Positions 14,181 to 27,864 of a DNA stretch of 64,000 nucleotides are shown in pieces. The notes below the pieces were generated by a model that saw only the letters and a list, made by a program, of their open reading frames with translations, was not told the origin of the DNA and did not search any database. The position numbers and the translations under genes were made by a program. The DNA is from Octopus sinensis (lineage: Eukaryota): the NCBI RefSeq assembly GCF_006345805.1, contig NC_043011.1:62942464-63006463 (forward strand), written 5' to 3'. Position 1 is the first letter of the stretch. Every line of letters starts with the position of its first letter.

Positions 14181-14270
14181 TTCATCGATGTAAATGACTA
14201 GTCCCTTCCCCCAGACTTTAGGCCTTGTGCCTCTTGTAGGAAGGAATATTATTACTTTTTTTATTATTAT
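14181..14270 (+). mobile_element. SINE family B 3' tail
   Basis: tcgatgtaaatgactagtcccttcccccagactttaggccttgtgcctcttgtaggaagg, then an (att)n tail. Confidence 0.55.
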
Positions 14271-14897
14271 TATTATTAGTAGTAGTAGTAGTAGCAATAG
14301 CAGTATTGTTGTTATTATTATTATTCTGTGCCATAGTTTTGCAGTGTAGAATATGTGTTGTATATCGATGTAGTCGTCATTTGTCCCCCGTTCCTTTTTG
14401 ATATTGTTTCCGCTCGGGCAATGAAAATAGGAGTCTGTCTCTTCAGAGTTCTTGGCAGAATACAGTCTCTGGTTCTATCGTACTTGAGAGCCTCAGGCTT
14501 ATAGATAAGAAAATTCCTCCCTTTATTTGTATCCGATGTTTTATTACCTAACATCTGTTTTTTTTTTCTATTTATTTAAAATGAGACATGTTGCATTTTA
14601 TATTTATTGCCTTAAATATGCCTCGTTTAATTTATTTAAACAGTGTTTTCTTCGTAGTCTTGTTTATGTATAAATGTACGGGTGCATGAGTTAATCATAT
14701 ATGAGACATTACATTTATATGTGTCTGTAGACATTTGACTGCATATGCGATTATTATTTGTAATCAGCTCTTTTCTGTAGCGACATCGCATTCTCCCGTA
14801 TTGCTCCCATTCTTGTATTGGCAAATCGCATCCCCACGGGTTGTTTATATTTTCACACACGTACCCTTCTTGGACAAAATGCTTGACAGCATCTATG

Positions 14898-15985
14898 TTT
14901 TTTTTTTCTTGTGTCATGGCATATTCTGCCGTTGACGAATCATGGCTTGTTCCTTCTCCATTTATTTCTGTCTCTTGCAACATCACACAGGTCTTTATCG
15001 CTCTGCACCTTCTATTCTCTTCTTCCTCCATTCGAACATCATTCACCCTCTGCCTTCCTCTCGCTCTCCTTCCCACCAACTCAGTTTCCACCATGTAATG
15101 CTCCATTCCGTCAGCCTCTCTGAGAAAATGACCATCAAAAATCTCCACTGTTTCCCTCTGATAATATCCATCATCTGTCTCTTCACTTTCATCTTCTTCA
15201 GCGCTTCCACATTCCTCTCCGTCTGTAACTTCGAGATTTTAAGCAATTTTTCTATAAAACCACATTTCTGCAGCGTTGTGTCTCTTCTCCATGACTTTGC
15301 TTATTGTCCAAGACTCACATCAATACGTTAGCACCGCCCAGATGTAGCACTTCAATAGTCTTTTCTTGACCTCCATTCCAATTCTCTTTGCACAAAGAAC
15401 GCGTCCTTAATATCCATAAAAAAGTCTTCTGTGCTAATCCAATTCTGCACTTGATGTCCTTATCTGACCATTCCCAGATTTATGAAACTGTCCTTCTACT
15501 CTATCCCAGTTCCATTCGCCCTCAAGCGACGTTCGAGTACCTGTGCTTTCTTGGCACAAACATTCCAGAATGTTTCTCTAGCAGTTAATCATCAGTCCAA
15601 GCTTTCCACTCTCCTCGGTCACAATATTAATCCATCCCTGAAGCTTCTCTTCTGTGACCGCAAAGAAAGCCGTATCGTCTGCGTATCTCAGAACGCTATA
15701 ATTCTCCTACCCCAGTTGTCGCCCAGCACTTGTCTTCATCTTGCTTAGAGCTTTCTCACTATACACGTTGAATAACTCAGGTGACAAGATGCAACCCTAC
15801 CGGGAATCTTTCTGAGTATCGCTCCAGTCGCCCGATTCTCCATGCACTTCGGGATCCTGAAATGATTTACATTAAGAAAGAATTTCCGTTCATATTTTTG
15901 CTGCTTCTTAAATCCGGCATGCCGATGGTCACAGAGTGAAGCTAACTTCGCGCAGATATAGCTCTGTCAAGTCGGTCATGTTTGT
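14898..15985 (-). mobile_element. RTE-clade LINE, 5'-truncated, RT and C-terminal region pseudogene
   Basis: Minus strand GCILSPELFNVYSEKAL, LRYADDT, LLKCYIWAVLTY*CESWT, AAEMWFYRKLLKIS and GRRARGRQR; A-rich 3' end near 14898. Confidence 0.88.
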
Positions 15986-16000
15986 TATTCACTACGGACC

Positions 16001-19000
16001 TTGTTTTTGCTGCGGAATTCTTGATGTTGTTGTTGTTCTTTTTCTTCTTCTTTTTTTGTTTTTGTTGTTGTTGTTGTTGCTCTCCTTTTCTTCGTCTTTT
16101 TGTTGTTGTATTTGTTGTTCTCCTTCTTTTTCTTGTTTTTGTTGTTGTTTATGTTGTTGTTGTTGTTCTCCTTCTTCATCTTGTTTTTGTTGTTGTTGTT
16201 GTTGTTCTCCTTCTTCTGCTTGTCCTTATTGTTATTGTTGTTGTTATCCTTCTTCTTCTTCTTGTTTTTGTTGTTGTTGTTCTCCTTCTTCTTCTTCCTC
16301 TTCTTCTTCTTCATCTTCTTGCTTTTGTTGTTGTTGTTGTTCTTCTTCTTCTGCTTGTTTTTGTTGTTGTTTTTATTGTTGTGGTTCTCCTTCTTTTTTT
16401 CTTTTTGTTTTTGTTGTTGTTTTTGTTGTTGTTCTCCTTCTTCTTGTTTCTGTTGTTGTGTTTGTTGTTGTTGTTGTTCTCCTTCTTCTTCTTCTTGTTT
16501 CTGTTGTTGTTTTTGTTGTTGTTGTTGTTGTTGTAATCCTTCTTCTTGTTTTTGTAGTTGTTGTTTTCCTTCTTTTTCTTCGTCTTGTTTTTGTTGTTGT
16601 TGTTGTTGTTCTTCTTCTTCTTGATTCTGTTGTTGTTTTTGTTGTTGTTGTTATCCTTCTTCTTCTTTTGTTTTTGTTGTTGTTGTTGTTGTTCTCCTTC
16701 TTAATATTCTTGTTTTTGTTGTTGTTTTTATTGTTAATGTTGTTCTTGTTGTTGTTGTTGTTGTTGTTCTATTTCTTCTTGTTTTTGTTGTTGTTTTGTT
16801 GCTGTTCTCCTTATTATTCTTGTTTTTGTTGTTGTTGTTCTCCTTCTTGATTTTGTTGTTGTTGTTGTTCTTCTTTTTGTTTGTGTTGTTGTTGTTGTTG
16901 TTCTCTTCTTCTTGTTTTTGTTGTTGTTCTTGTTGTTATTCTCCTTCTTCTTCGTGTTTTTGTTGCTGTTGTTCTCCTTCTTCTTTTTCTTGTTTTTGTT
17001 GTTGTTGTTGTTGTTGTTCTACTTCTTCTCGTTTTTGTTGTTGTTGTTGTTCTCATTTTTCTTCGTATTTTTGTTGTTATTTTTGTTGTTGTAGTTCTAC
17101 TTCTTCTTGTTTTAGTTGTTGTTTTTGCTATTGTTGTTCTCCTATTTTTTTTGTTTTTTTATTGTTTCTGTTGTTGTTAATCTCCTTCTTCTTGTTTCTG
17201 TTGTTGTTATTGGTGTTGTTGTTATCCTTCTTCTTCTTCTTGTTTTTGTCGTTGTTGTTGTTGTTGATATCTTCTTCTTCATGTTATTGTTGTTGTTCTT
17301 GTTCTCCTTCTTATTCTTCTTGATTTTGTTGTTGTTGTTGTTGTTGTTCTCCTACTTATTCTTGTTTTTATTGTTGTTGTTGTTGTTCTCCTTCTTCTTC
17401 TTCTTCTTGTTTTTGTTGTTGTTGTCGTTGTTCTCTTTCTTCTTCTTGTTTTTGTTTTTGTTGTTGTTTTTGTTGTTGTTGTTCTCCTTCTTATTTCTAT
17501 TTTTGTTTTTGTTGTTGTTCTACTTCTTGTTTTTGTTGTTGTTTATCTCCTTGTTCTTCTTGTTTCTGTTGTTGCTGTTGTTCTCCTTCTACTTCTTCTT
17601 GTTATTGTTGTTGTTGTTGTTGTTCTCCTTCTTCTTGTTTTGTTGTTGTAGTTGTGGTTCTCCTTTTCATCTTCTTGTTTTTGTTGTTGTTGTTGTTGTT
17701 CTCCTTCTTCATCATGTTTTTATTGTTGTTGTTCTTCTTCTTCTTGTTTTTGTTGTTGTTGTTGTTCTCCGTCTTCCTCCTCTTGTTTTCCTTGTTGTCT
17801 TTGTTGTTCTCCTTCTTCTTCTGTTTTGTGGTTTTTGCTGTTGTTCTCCTTCTTCTTGTTTTTGTTTTTGTTGTTGTTTTTGTTGCTGTTGTTCTCCTTC
17901 ATCTTCTTGTCTCTGTTGTTGTTTTGTTGTTGCTGTTATCCCTATTCTTCTTCTAGTTTTTGTTGTTGTTGTTGTTCTTCTTCCTTCTTATTATTCTTGT
18001 TTTTGTTGTTGTTCTCCTTCTTTTTGTTGTTGTTTCTCTACTTTTTTTGTTTGTTGGTTCTCATTTCTTCTTCTTATTTTTGTTGTTGTTCCTTATTATT
18101 CTTTTTTTTGTTGTTGTTGTGATTCTCTTTTTTCTACATGTTTTTTGTTGATTTTGTTGTTGTTGTTCTCCTTCTTCTTCTTCTTCTTCTTCTTCTTCTA
18201 CTAATCATTCTTTTTGTTGTTGTTGTTGTTCTCCTTCTTCTTCTCATTGTTTTCGTTGTTGTTGTTGTTCTCCATTTTCATGTTTCTGTTGTTGTTTTTG
18301 TTGCAGTTGTTCTCCTTCTTCTTGTTTTTGTTGTTGTTCTCCTTCTTCTCCTTCTTGTTTCTGTTATTGTTTTTTTTGTTGTTATCCTTCTTCTTCTTAT
18401 TGTTTTTGTTGTTGATGTTGTTGTTCTCCTTCTACTTCTTTTTGTATCTCTTGTTTTTGTTGTTGTTGTTATTCTCCTTCTTCTTCTTGATTTTGTTGTT
18501 GTTGTTCTCCTTCTTCTTCTTGTTTTTGTTGTTGTGTTTGTTGTTGTGGTTCTCCTTCTTCTTCTGGTTTTCGTTTTTGTTGTTGTTGTTCTCCTTCTTC
18601 TCGTTTTTGTTGTCGTTTTTGTTGTTGTTCTCCTTCTTGTTTTTGTTGTTGTTCTCCTTCTTATTATTCTTGCTTTTGTTGTTGCTCTCCTTCTTGTTTT
18701 TGTTGTTGTTCTCCTCATATTTCTTGCTTTTGTTGTTGTTCTTATTCTTTTTATTTTTGTCGTTGTTGTTGTTGTTCTCCTTCTTCTAGTTTTTGTTGTT
18801 GTTGTTGTTCTCCTTCTTCTTCTTCGAGTTTTTGTTGTTGTTGTTCTCCTTATTCTTGTTTTTGTTGTTGTTGTTCTCCTTATTCTTGTTTTTGTTGTTG
18901 TTGTTGTTCTCCTTCGTCTTCTTGTTTTTGTTGTTGTTGTTCTCCTTCTTTTTCTACTTCTTTTGGTTTTTGTTGTTGTTGTTGTTCTCCTTCTTCTTCT

Positions 19001-22000
19001 TGTTTTTGTTGTTGTTGTTTTTCTCCTTCTTCTTGTTTTTGTTGTTTTGTTGTTGTTGTTGTTGTTCTCCTTCTTCTTGTTTCTGTTGTTGTTTTGTTTT
19101 TGTTGTTATCCTTCTTGTTGCTTTTGTTGTTGTTGTTGTTGTTCTCCTTCTTCTTGTTTTTGTTATTGTAGTTGTTGTTTTCCTTCTTTTTCTTCTTTTA
19201 GTTTTTGTTGTTGTTTTTGTTGATGTTGTTCTTCTTGTTTTTGTTGTTCTCCTCCTTCTTCTCGTTTTTGTTGTTGTTCTCCTTTTTATTATTGTTGTTG
19301 TTCTCCTTCTTCTTCTTCTTCCTCTACTGCTTCTCCTTGTTTTTCTCTTTGTTGTTGTAGATGCTGTTCTCCTTCTTCTTCTTCTTGTTTTTCTTGTTGT
19401 TGTTCTCCTTCTTCTTGTTTTTGTTGTTGTTTTTATTGTTGTTGTTGTTCTTCTTCTTGTTTTTGTTGTTGTTCTCCTTCTTTTTTTATTTTTGTTGTTG
19501 TTTTTGTTGTTGTTGTTCTTCTTCTTGTTTCTGCTGTTGTTTTTTTGTTGTTGTTATCCTTCTTTTCCTTCTTGTTTTTGTTGTTGTTCTTGTTGTTCTC
19601 CTTGTTCTTGTTTTTGTTGTCGATTTTGTTGTTGTTGTTATCCTTCTTATTCTTCCTGTTTTTGTTGTTGTAGTTGTTGTTGTTCTCCTTCTTCTTCCTG
19701 TTTTTGTTGTTGATTTTGTTGTTGTTCTCCTTATTCTTCTTGTTTTTGTTGTTGTTGTTGTTGTTGTTCTCCTTCTTGTTTTTGTTGTCGATTTTGTTGT
19801 TGTTGTTATCCTTCTTATTCTTCCTGTTTTTGTTGTTGTAGTTGTTGTTGTTCTCCTTCTTCTTCCTGTTTTTGTTGTTGTTGTTGTTGTTCTCCTTATT
19901 CTTCTTGTTTTTGTTGTTGTTGTTGTTTTTCTTTTTCTTCTTCTTAATTTTGTTGTTGTTGTTGTTCTTGTTATCCTTCTTCTCCTTCTTGTTTTTGTTG
20001 TGGTTGTTCTCCTTCTTTTTCTACTTCTTGTTTTTGTTTTTGTTGTTGATGTTCTCCATCTTCTTATTTTTGTTGTTGTTGTTGTTCTCCTTCTTCTTGT
20101 TTTTGTTGTTGTTTTTGTTGTTGTTCTCCTTCTTCTTCTTCTGGTTTTTGTTTTTGTTGTTGTTGTTCTCCTTCTTCTTCGTTTTGTTTTTGTTGTTGTT
20201 CTCCTTCTTCTTCTTCTTCTTCTCGTTTCTGTTGTTGTTTTTGTTGTTGCTGTTATCCTTCTTTTTCTTCTTGTTTTTGTTGTTGTCGTTGTTGTTCTCC
20301 TTCTTCTTCTGTTTTTTGTTTTTTTTGTTGTTGTTCTCCTTCTTCTTCTTCTTGTTTTTGTTTTTGTTGTTGTTGTTCTCCTTCTTCTTCTTCTTGTTTT
20401 TGTTGTTGTTTTTGTTGTTGTTCTCCTTATTATTCTTGTTTTTGTTGTTGTTGTTGTTGTTCTCCTTTTTCTTCTTCTTCTTTTTGTTTTTGTTGTTGTT
20501 GTTCTCCTTCTTCTTCTTTTTTGTTGTTTTTGTTGTTGTTGTTCTCTTTCTTCTTCTTGTTTTTATTGTTGTTTCACTTGTTCTCCTTCTTCTTCTTGTT
20601 TTTGTTGTTGTTGTTGTTGTTCTCCTTCTTCGTCTTCTTTTTGTGTTTGTTGTTGTTCTGCTTCTTCTTCTTCTTGTTATTGTAGTTGTTGTTCTCCTTC
20701 TTGTTGTTTTTGTTGTTGTTGTTGTTTTCCTTCTTCTTGTTTTTGTTGTAGTTGTTGTTGTTCTCCTTCTTCTTCTTGTTATTGTTGTTGTTTTTGTTGT
20801 TGTTCTCCTTATTTTTCTTCTTTTTGTCGTTGTTTTTGTTGTTGTTGTTCTCCTTCTTCTTCTTCTTGCTTTTATTGTTGTTGTTCTTCTTCTTGTTTTT
20901 GTTGTTGTTGTTCTCCTTCTTCTTCTCCTTGCTTTTGTTGTTGTTGTTGTTCTTATTCTAGTTTTTGTTTTTGTTGTTTTTCTCCTTCTTCTTCTTGTTT
21001 TTGTCCTTGTTTTTGTTGTTCTCCTTCTTCTTGCTTTTGTCGTTGTTGTTGTTGTTCTCCTTCTTCTTCTTCTTGTCTTTGTTGTTGGTGTTGTTCTCCT
21101 TCTTCGTCTTCTTGTTTTTGTTGTCGTTTTTGTTGTTGTTGTTCTCTTTCTTCTTCCTCTTGTTTTTGTTTTTGTTGTTGTTGTTCTCCTTCTCCTTTTT
21201 TTGTTTTTGTTGTTGTTGTTCTCCTTCTTCTTCTTGTTTTTGTCTTTGTTTTTGTTGTTGTTCTCTTTCTTGTTTTTGTTGTTGTTGTCGTTGTTGTTCT
21301 CCTTCTTCTACTTTTTTGTTGTTGTTGTTCTCCTTCTTCTTTTTTTTTTTGTTTTTGTTGTTGTTCTCCTCTTCTTCTTCTTCTTGTTTTTTTTTGTTTT
21401 GTTGTTGTTGTTCTCCTTCTTCTTCTGTTTTTGTTTTTGTTGTTTTTTGTTGTTCTCCTTATTATTCTTGTTTTTGTTGTTTTTGTGTTGTTGTTCTCCT
21501 TTTTCTTCTTCTTCTTTTTGTTTTTGTTGTTGTTGTTCTCCTTCTTCTTCTTTTTTGTTTTTTTGTTGTTGTTGTTCCTCCTTCTTCTTCTTGTTTTTAT
21601 TGTTGTTTCACTTGTTCTCCTTCTTCTCTTGTTTTTGTCTTTGTTTTTGTTGTTGTTTTTCTCCTCCTTCTTCTTCTTCTTCTTTTTTTGTTTTTGTTGT
21701 TGTTCTGCTCTTCTTCTTCTTGTTATTGTTGTTGTTGTCTCCTTCTTGTTGTTTTTGTTGTTGTTGTTGTTTTTCTCCTCCTTCTTCTTGTTTTTTGTTG
21801 TAGTTGTTGTTGTTCTCCTTCTTCTTCTTTTTTGTTGTTTTTGTTGTTTTTTGTTGTTGTGTTCTCCTTATTTTTCTTCTTTTTGTCGTTGTTTTTGTTG
21901 TTGTGTTCTCCTTCTTCTTCTTCTTCTTCTTCTTCTTCTTCTTCTTGCTTTTATTGTTGTTGTTCTTCTTCTTGTTTTTGTTGTTGTTGTTCTCCTTCTT

Positions 22001-23960
22001 GTTGTTTTGTTGTTCTCCTTCTTCTTTGTTGTTTTTTGTTGTTGTTGTTCTTATTCTAGTTTTGTTTTTGTTGTTTTTCTCCTTCTTCTTCTTTTTGTTT
22101 TTGTTGTTTTTGTTGTTCTCCTTCTTCTTGCTTTTGTCGTTGTTGTTGTTGTTCTCCTTCTTCTTCTTCTTCTTGTCTTTGTTGTTGGTGTTGTTCTCCT
22201 TCTTCGTCTTCTTGTTTTTGTTGTTGTTTTTGTTGTTGTTGTTCTCTTTCTTCTTCTTCTTCTTTTTTCTCTTCTTCGTCTTCTTGTTTTTGTTTTTGTT
22301 GTTGTTTTTGTTGTTTTTCTCCTTCTTCTTTGTTTTTGTTGTTGTTCTCCTTCTCCTTTTTTTGTTTTGTTGTTGTTGTTTGTTCTCCTTCTTCTCTTGT
22401 TTTTGTCTTTGTTTTTTGTTGTTCTCCTTCTTGTTTTTGTTGTTGTCGTTGTTGTTCTCCTTCTTCTACTTTTTTGTTGTTGTTGTTCTCCTCTTCTTCT
22501 TTTTTGTTTTTGTTGTTGTTTTTGTTGTTGTTGTTCTCTTCTTGTTTTTGTTGTTGTTGTTGTTTTTGTTGTGTTCTCCTTCTTCTTCTTCTGTTTTTGT
22601 TTTTGTTGTTGTTGTTCTCCTTCTTCTTCTTCTTGTTTTTGTGTTGTTGTTGTTGTTGTTCTCCTTATTATTCTTGTTTTTGTTGTTGTTGTTGTTGTTC
22701 CTCCTTCTTCTTCTTCTTTTTTTGTTTTTGTTGTTGTTGTTTTCCTTCTTCTTCTTTTTTGTTGTTTTTGTTGTTGTTGTTCTCTTTCTTCTTCTTGTTT
22801 TTATTGTTGTTTCACTTGTTCTCCTTCTTCTTGTTTTTGTTGTGTTGTTGTTGTTCTCTTCTTCGTCTTCTTTTTGTGTTTGTTGTTGTTCTGCTTCTTC
22901 TTCTTCTTGTTATTGTAGTTGTTGTTCTCCTTCCTTCTTGTTGTTTTTGTTGTTGTTGTTGTTTTCCTTCTTCTTGTTTTTTGTTGTAGTTGTTGTTGTT
23001 CTCTTCTTCTTCTTGTTATTGTTGTTGTTTTGTTGTTGTTTCTCCTTATTTTTCTTCTTTTTGTCGTTGTTTTTGTTGTTGTTGTTCTCCTTCTCTTCTT
23101 CTTGCTTTTATTGTTGTTGTTCTCTTCTTGTTTTTGTTGTTGTTGTTCTCCTTCTCTTCTTCTTGCTTTTGTCGTTGTTGTTGTTGTTCTTATTCTAGTT
23201 TTGTTTTTGTTGTTTTTCTCCTTCTTCTTCTTGTTTTTGTGTTGTTGTTGTTGTCTCCTTCTTCTTGCTTTTGTCGTTGTTGTTGTTGTTCTCCTTCTTC
23301 TTCTTCTTGTCTTTGTTGTTGGTGTTGTTCTCCTTCTTCGTCTTCTTGTTTTTGTTGTCGTTTTTGTTGTTGTTGTTCTCTTTCTTCTTCCTCTTGTTTT
23401 TGTTTTTGTTGTTGTTGTTCTCCTTCTCCTTTTTTTGTTTTGTTGTTGTTGTTCTCCTTCTTCTTCTTGTTTTTGTCTTTGTTTTTGTTGTTGTTCTCCT
23501 TCTTGTTTTTGTTGTTGTCGTTGTTGTTCTCCTTCTTCTACTTTTTTTGTTGTTGTTGTTCTCCTTCTTCTTGTTTTTGTTTTTGTCGTTGTTTTTGTTC
23601 TTGTTGTTCTTCTTCCTGTTTTTGTTGTTGTTGTTGTTTTTGTTGTTGCTCTCCTTTTTCTTCTTCTTGTTTTTGTTTTTTTGTTGTTGTTGTTGTTGTT
23701 CTCCTTCTTCTTCTTGTTTTTGTTGTTGTTGTTGTTGTTCTCCTTCTTCTTCTTGTTTTTGTTGTTGTTGTTGTTCTCCCTCTTCCTCTTCTTGTGTTTG
23801 GTTTTGTTGTTTTTGTTGTTCTTCTTTATCTTCTTGTTTTTGTTTTTGTTGTTGCTATTCTCCTCCTTCTTGTTTTTGTTGTTGTTGTTGCTGTTGTTGT
23901 GCCCCTTCTTTTTCTTGTTTTTGTTGTTGTTTTTTTATTGTTGTTGTTGTTCTACTTCTT
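16001..23960. repeat. ~8 kb compound (GTT)n/(CTT)n satellite with a ~25-35 bp unit such as ttgtttttgttgttgttgttctccttcttc
   Basis: Direct reading; + strand nearly lacks A. All long L/F/V/C-rich ORFs here are repeat read-through. Confidence 0.95.
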
Positions 23961-23998
23961 CTGTATCATCATCATCATCCTCATCATCAACTCATCAA

Positions 23999-24215
23999 GG
24001 CGTCGAGCTGGTAGAACCGTTAATGCACCGGGAGACAAATGCTTTGGGTCATGTCATCCGTCCTGACGTTCTGAGTTCAATTTCCGACTTTGTCTTTCAT
24101 TCTTCGGAGTCGATGGAATAAGCTCCACTCGAGCACTGGGGGTCGATGCCAACGATTATCCCCATACCCCAAATTCAGGCATTGTGCCTCTTGGAATATA
24201 GATTATTATCATTAT
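23999..24215 (+). mobile_element. tRNA-derived SINE (family B, octopus OR-like)
   Basis: ggcgtcgagctggtagaaccgtta...ctgagttcaatttcc...ggagtcgat...gcactggggtcgat; shared with many copies in the window. Confidence 0.75.
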
Positions 24216-24434
24216 TTAGTCACAGTTTTTTAGTTGCGCATTAGATTACTGTAAGTGTACACCCACACACACACACACATTTGTTGACAGATGTGTGCAA
24301 ATGTGTGTATTTGCATTATTATGTATTCATATACATATATGTTTTTGCATGTGTATGCATGTGAAGACTACCTTACGCATTTGGAAAGCATACGTACACT
24401 CACATATACACACACAAAAAGCCCACGCACAGGC

Positions 24435-24435
<1 letters not shown>

Positions 24436-24514
<79 letters not shown>

Positions 24515-24563
24515 CTCTATCTATCTGTCTATCTATCTAGCTATCTATCTATCTATCTATCTG

Positions 24564-24594
<31 letters not shown>

Positions 24595-24685
24595 GTCTAT
24601 CTATCTATCTATCTAACTATCTATCTATCTATCTCTCTATCTATCTGTCTATCTATCTATCTGTCTATCTATCTATCTATTTATC

Positions 24686-24748
<63 letters not shown>

Positions 24749-24750
24749 CT
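24436..24750. repeat. (TATC)n microsatellite
   Basis: Direct reading. Confidence 0.95.
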
Positions 24751-25784
24751 GCCTGTCTGTCTGTATGTCTGTCTACCTATCTTTTAATCTATATGTGTTT
24801 ACTTATATATATATATATACCCTGTGGTAGATGAGAGGGTGGAAGAAAGAGAGAGAGGGGGAGGGATAGAGTGATGATGATATATACAAAGAAGTGAATA
24901 ACATAAGTCATACGCATAATTTCTTCCGTTATATTTTAACGTCAAATTATAAAATAATCGTGTGTAATGAAGTGTAATAAGCTATAATTTTCGTTGGACA
25001 GAAACTTTTTCAGTTATACATATAAATCCTTGTAATAAATCATAGAATTATAATACCATAACTGTCAAAATGCTGTTGGGATTCGACTTGTGGGCGGTTT
25101 CCTCTGATGAGACTGCTTGTGCCATCATGTGCATGCATGTGTGCTACGATCGTTTCCATACCTCTATTTTTGTGTACGTGTGTTGGCATATTTTTATGTT
25201 TCTTTGTTCTTTTGTATATATATATATGCGTATGCCTGTGTAGCGTGACCATAATATATATGTAAACGCCAGCGCATGCATGGGTGCATATTTTCAAAGA
25301 TCCATATATATGTATACGTGTAGCTGCAGACGTGGGTGTGAGTAGAGATAAATGTGTTTGTCTCTGTATATTGGAATGATCCAACGATTTTGTCCAGCAG
25401 AATATAAGTTCATTATAAATTGACAGCACTTCATTTAACTTATTTCTGGTACCAACCATTTCTAGTCTTTATGCTTTGTTGATAGGAACATCTCTTCTGT
25501 ATTTCAGCATCAAACATTATATGATCTTAATTACTGCTGATGGTTAAGAAATAAATTTCAACCACATATTGATTCCAATTCTGTAACTCTTAAACTAGGA
25601 GAAGCATGACAGATAATGATATTTTCAAATTGTTTTCATGAATACCTTACAGTTTTGATCAATCAACACTCTCTGTATTCGACGTAATAATGTATTTCTC
25701 CACAAGCGTTTAACATCCTTCTAAAGCTGGGTCAGTATTTTCTTTAATATGTATTATTGAATGTATTAATTTCTTCCAGTCAAT

Positions 25785-26640
25785 GGGCCATCCTTTCGAA
25801 CAGTCGAGGTCGATCCCGGTTAGCTTGGTTTCGCTGCCACTTGGGAGTATGTAATGGAAGACCAATGGCTATGATTTTTTTTTCTCAGTTTGACTCGACC
25901 GCAAATGGTTACGTCAGTCAGCCGTGGTTAGCTGACCAGAACTGTTTCGGGCAAGATTTCCTTAGGCTACCTTTTCTAGGCCCCTGGATCACTAGGGTGA
26001 GAAGTGCTGCCCTAAAACTGCTGTTCAGTCATCTGAGATGTTGTCGAGGTTCTATGCTGCCCAATACGAATACCAGCGACAACTGGTCCACAAGCCACCT
26101 ACGGGCAGGTTTATTGCTAAAACTTACATTGGCTACCTCCACTTGTTCCGTTCGCCATTTCCCTAACGCTACAGGATATGAAGCTGTGAGCTGGAGGACT
26201 GATAATCAAAGACACCTGTGTTTTAAACAGGAGAGCTGTTGCGCAGGAACCATTCCATTCTCTCGTTTGGAAGAACTTTGACCGAATGGAAGAGAAAGTT
26301 GTTACGGCCGGAAACCCTTCCTGCTGCAGTTGCTGGCCAGGACTCCAGAGTGTGCCGTCGTGCTGTAGGCGCTCCACTACATCTGCAGGTAGTAGCTTCC
26401 AGAATTTGGACCTTACTAATGGTCTCTTCTGCCCAGTACGCAAGAAGCGGTCTTCGCTTTGAATTCAAAGAGCCTCGGCTAACCTCAACTGGTTTCGTCC
26501 ACTCCCCGTGTGGCTACTGTGCATAGTACACCTGCATGGAGCAGCAGGTGAGAGCTGGCTGCCTGGTAAGGACCAAGGTGGACGAACGACTACTAAGGAG
26601 TATGACTAACTATACCACTGGACGTGCTACCCTTCCCTTA
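25785..26640 (-). mobile_element. GC-richer interspersed repeat, possibly the 5' region of an RTE-type LINE
   Basis: Abrupt GC increase; the minus-strand end reads QRNQANRDRPRL, as could precede an RTE endonuclease. No decisive motif. Confidence 0.3.
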
Positions 26641-27095
26641 ACACTCTAAATGTGGGTACAACGACGATCTGAAAATTAAACTCAAATAGAGCGGCATTAG
26701 CCTACGCAACCTCGAAGCAACTGTTGCACACAGATCAGCGTGGAGATCTTTCACCTTACGAGCACACACGCACGCGCGCACGTGTAATTATTTTTGGATG
26801 TGTGTATGGTTTTCTGTATGGGAGTATGTATATGCATGTATGCACGTATGAATGTATGTATGTATGTATGTTTGTATGTATGTATATGTAAGCATGCGTG
26901 TTAGAGTATGTATGTATATATGTATACCAATATCATTGCGCACCATTGCTACATCTCTCAAGAAGTGCTACTCTAAGGTTTGAAACCGTAAATATTTTGT
27001 TTAATATCCACTTGAAACGCCCATGAAATGGCAGTGAAAGCGGGTCCGTACAGAATGTACTGTAGCTGACCGTTGAAGGTGCTTATTAATATGTG

Positions 27096-27206
27096 ACATG
27101 TTTTTTAGAAATCATATTATAACGCTTGCATCCACTCTAGTGGATTCTTCAGATTGAATCCACTAGTGCGGATGCAAGCGTTATAATATGATTTATAAAA
27201 ACATGT
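27096..27206. repeat. Near-perfect palindrome (~52-bp arms, loop 27148-27155)
   Basis: acatgttttt...atcatattataacgcttgcatcc...gtggattc / gaatccac...ggatgcaagcgttataatatgattt...aaaacatgt. Confidence 0.85.
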
Positions 27207-27831
27207 GACATTGATAAAAATCTGTAAATATATTACCATCCAGATTTCTGAGTACCTTATTTCTTCTAATATATGATACCTGTACATAACCTCCAAACCT
27301 TCTAATATATATATTTTTTCTATGGTATCTCTAAAAGAATAGTTGTAACAATGGCAATATATAAATGGAAGAAGCAGCGATGCTTTAAAATGAGTTTTGG
27401 AATATATATATCTAAAGCTATGAGAAATTCAAATTAGATTTTGCCCTATGGACACTGTCTAATTCTTATCACAAATTATATGATTATTGGGATAAAGATA
27501 CTATCAGTAATAAGAGTTTTCGAAGTTAGATTAATCAATCAAATACATGCCCTCAAGGGAGGAACAGTGAGACACAGAATAACATACATCATAATAGACC
27601 GAATAATAATGTATCGTCCAATGACCCTATGGTGTCGGTATCGGTCACCATACTCTTACACCGTACTGATGTATATGTATAAACGCACATACACGCAAAA
27701 AGTATATGTATGTGTGTGTTTTTTTGAGTGATTGTAGGCGTGAGTGTGATAACATATACTATGTATATATTAATACATACTTTCATATGTATGTAAAAAT
27801 ATATACATATATACATACATGTATCTATCAG

Positions 27832-27864
<33 letters not shown>

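Noticed and set aside
14395-14460. Minus-strand CTGAAGA...GAAA
   Set aside because: Helices I and III do not form.
15936-24121. Very long ORFs (up to 1185 aa) of L/F/V/C
   Set aside because: They are stop-free only because the + strand of the GTT/CTT satellite lacks A. All three frames are open, with no domain or codon structure.
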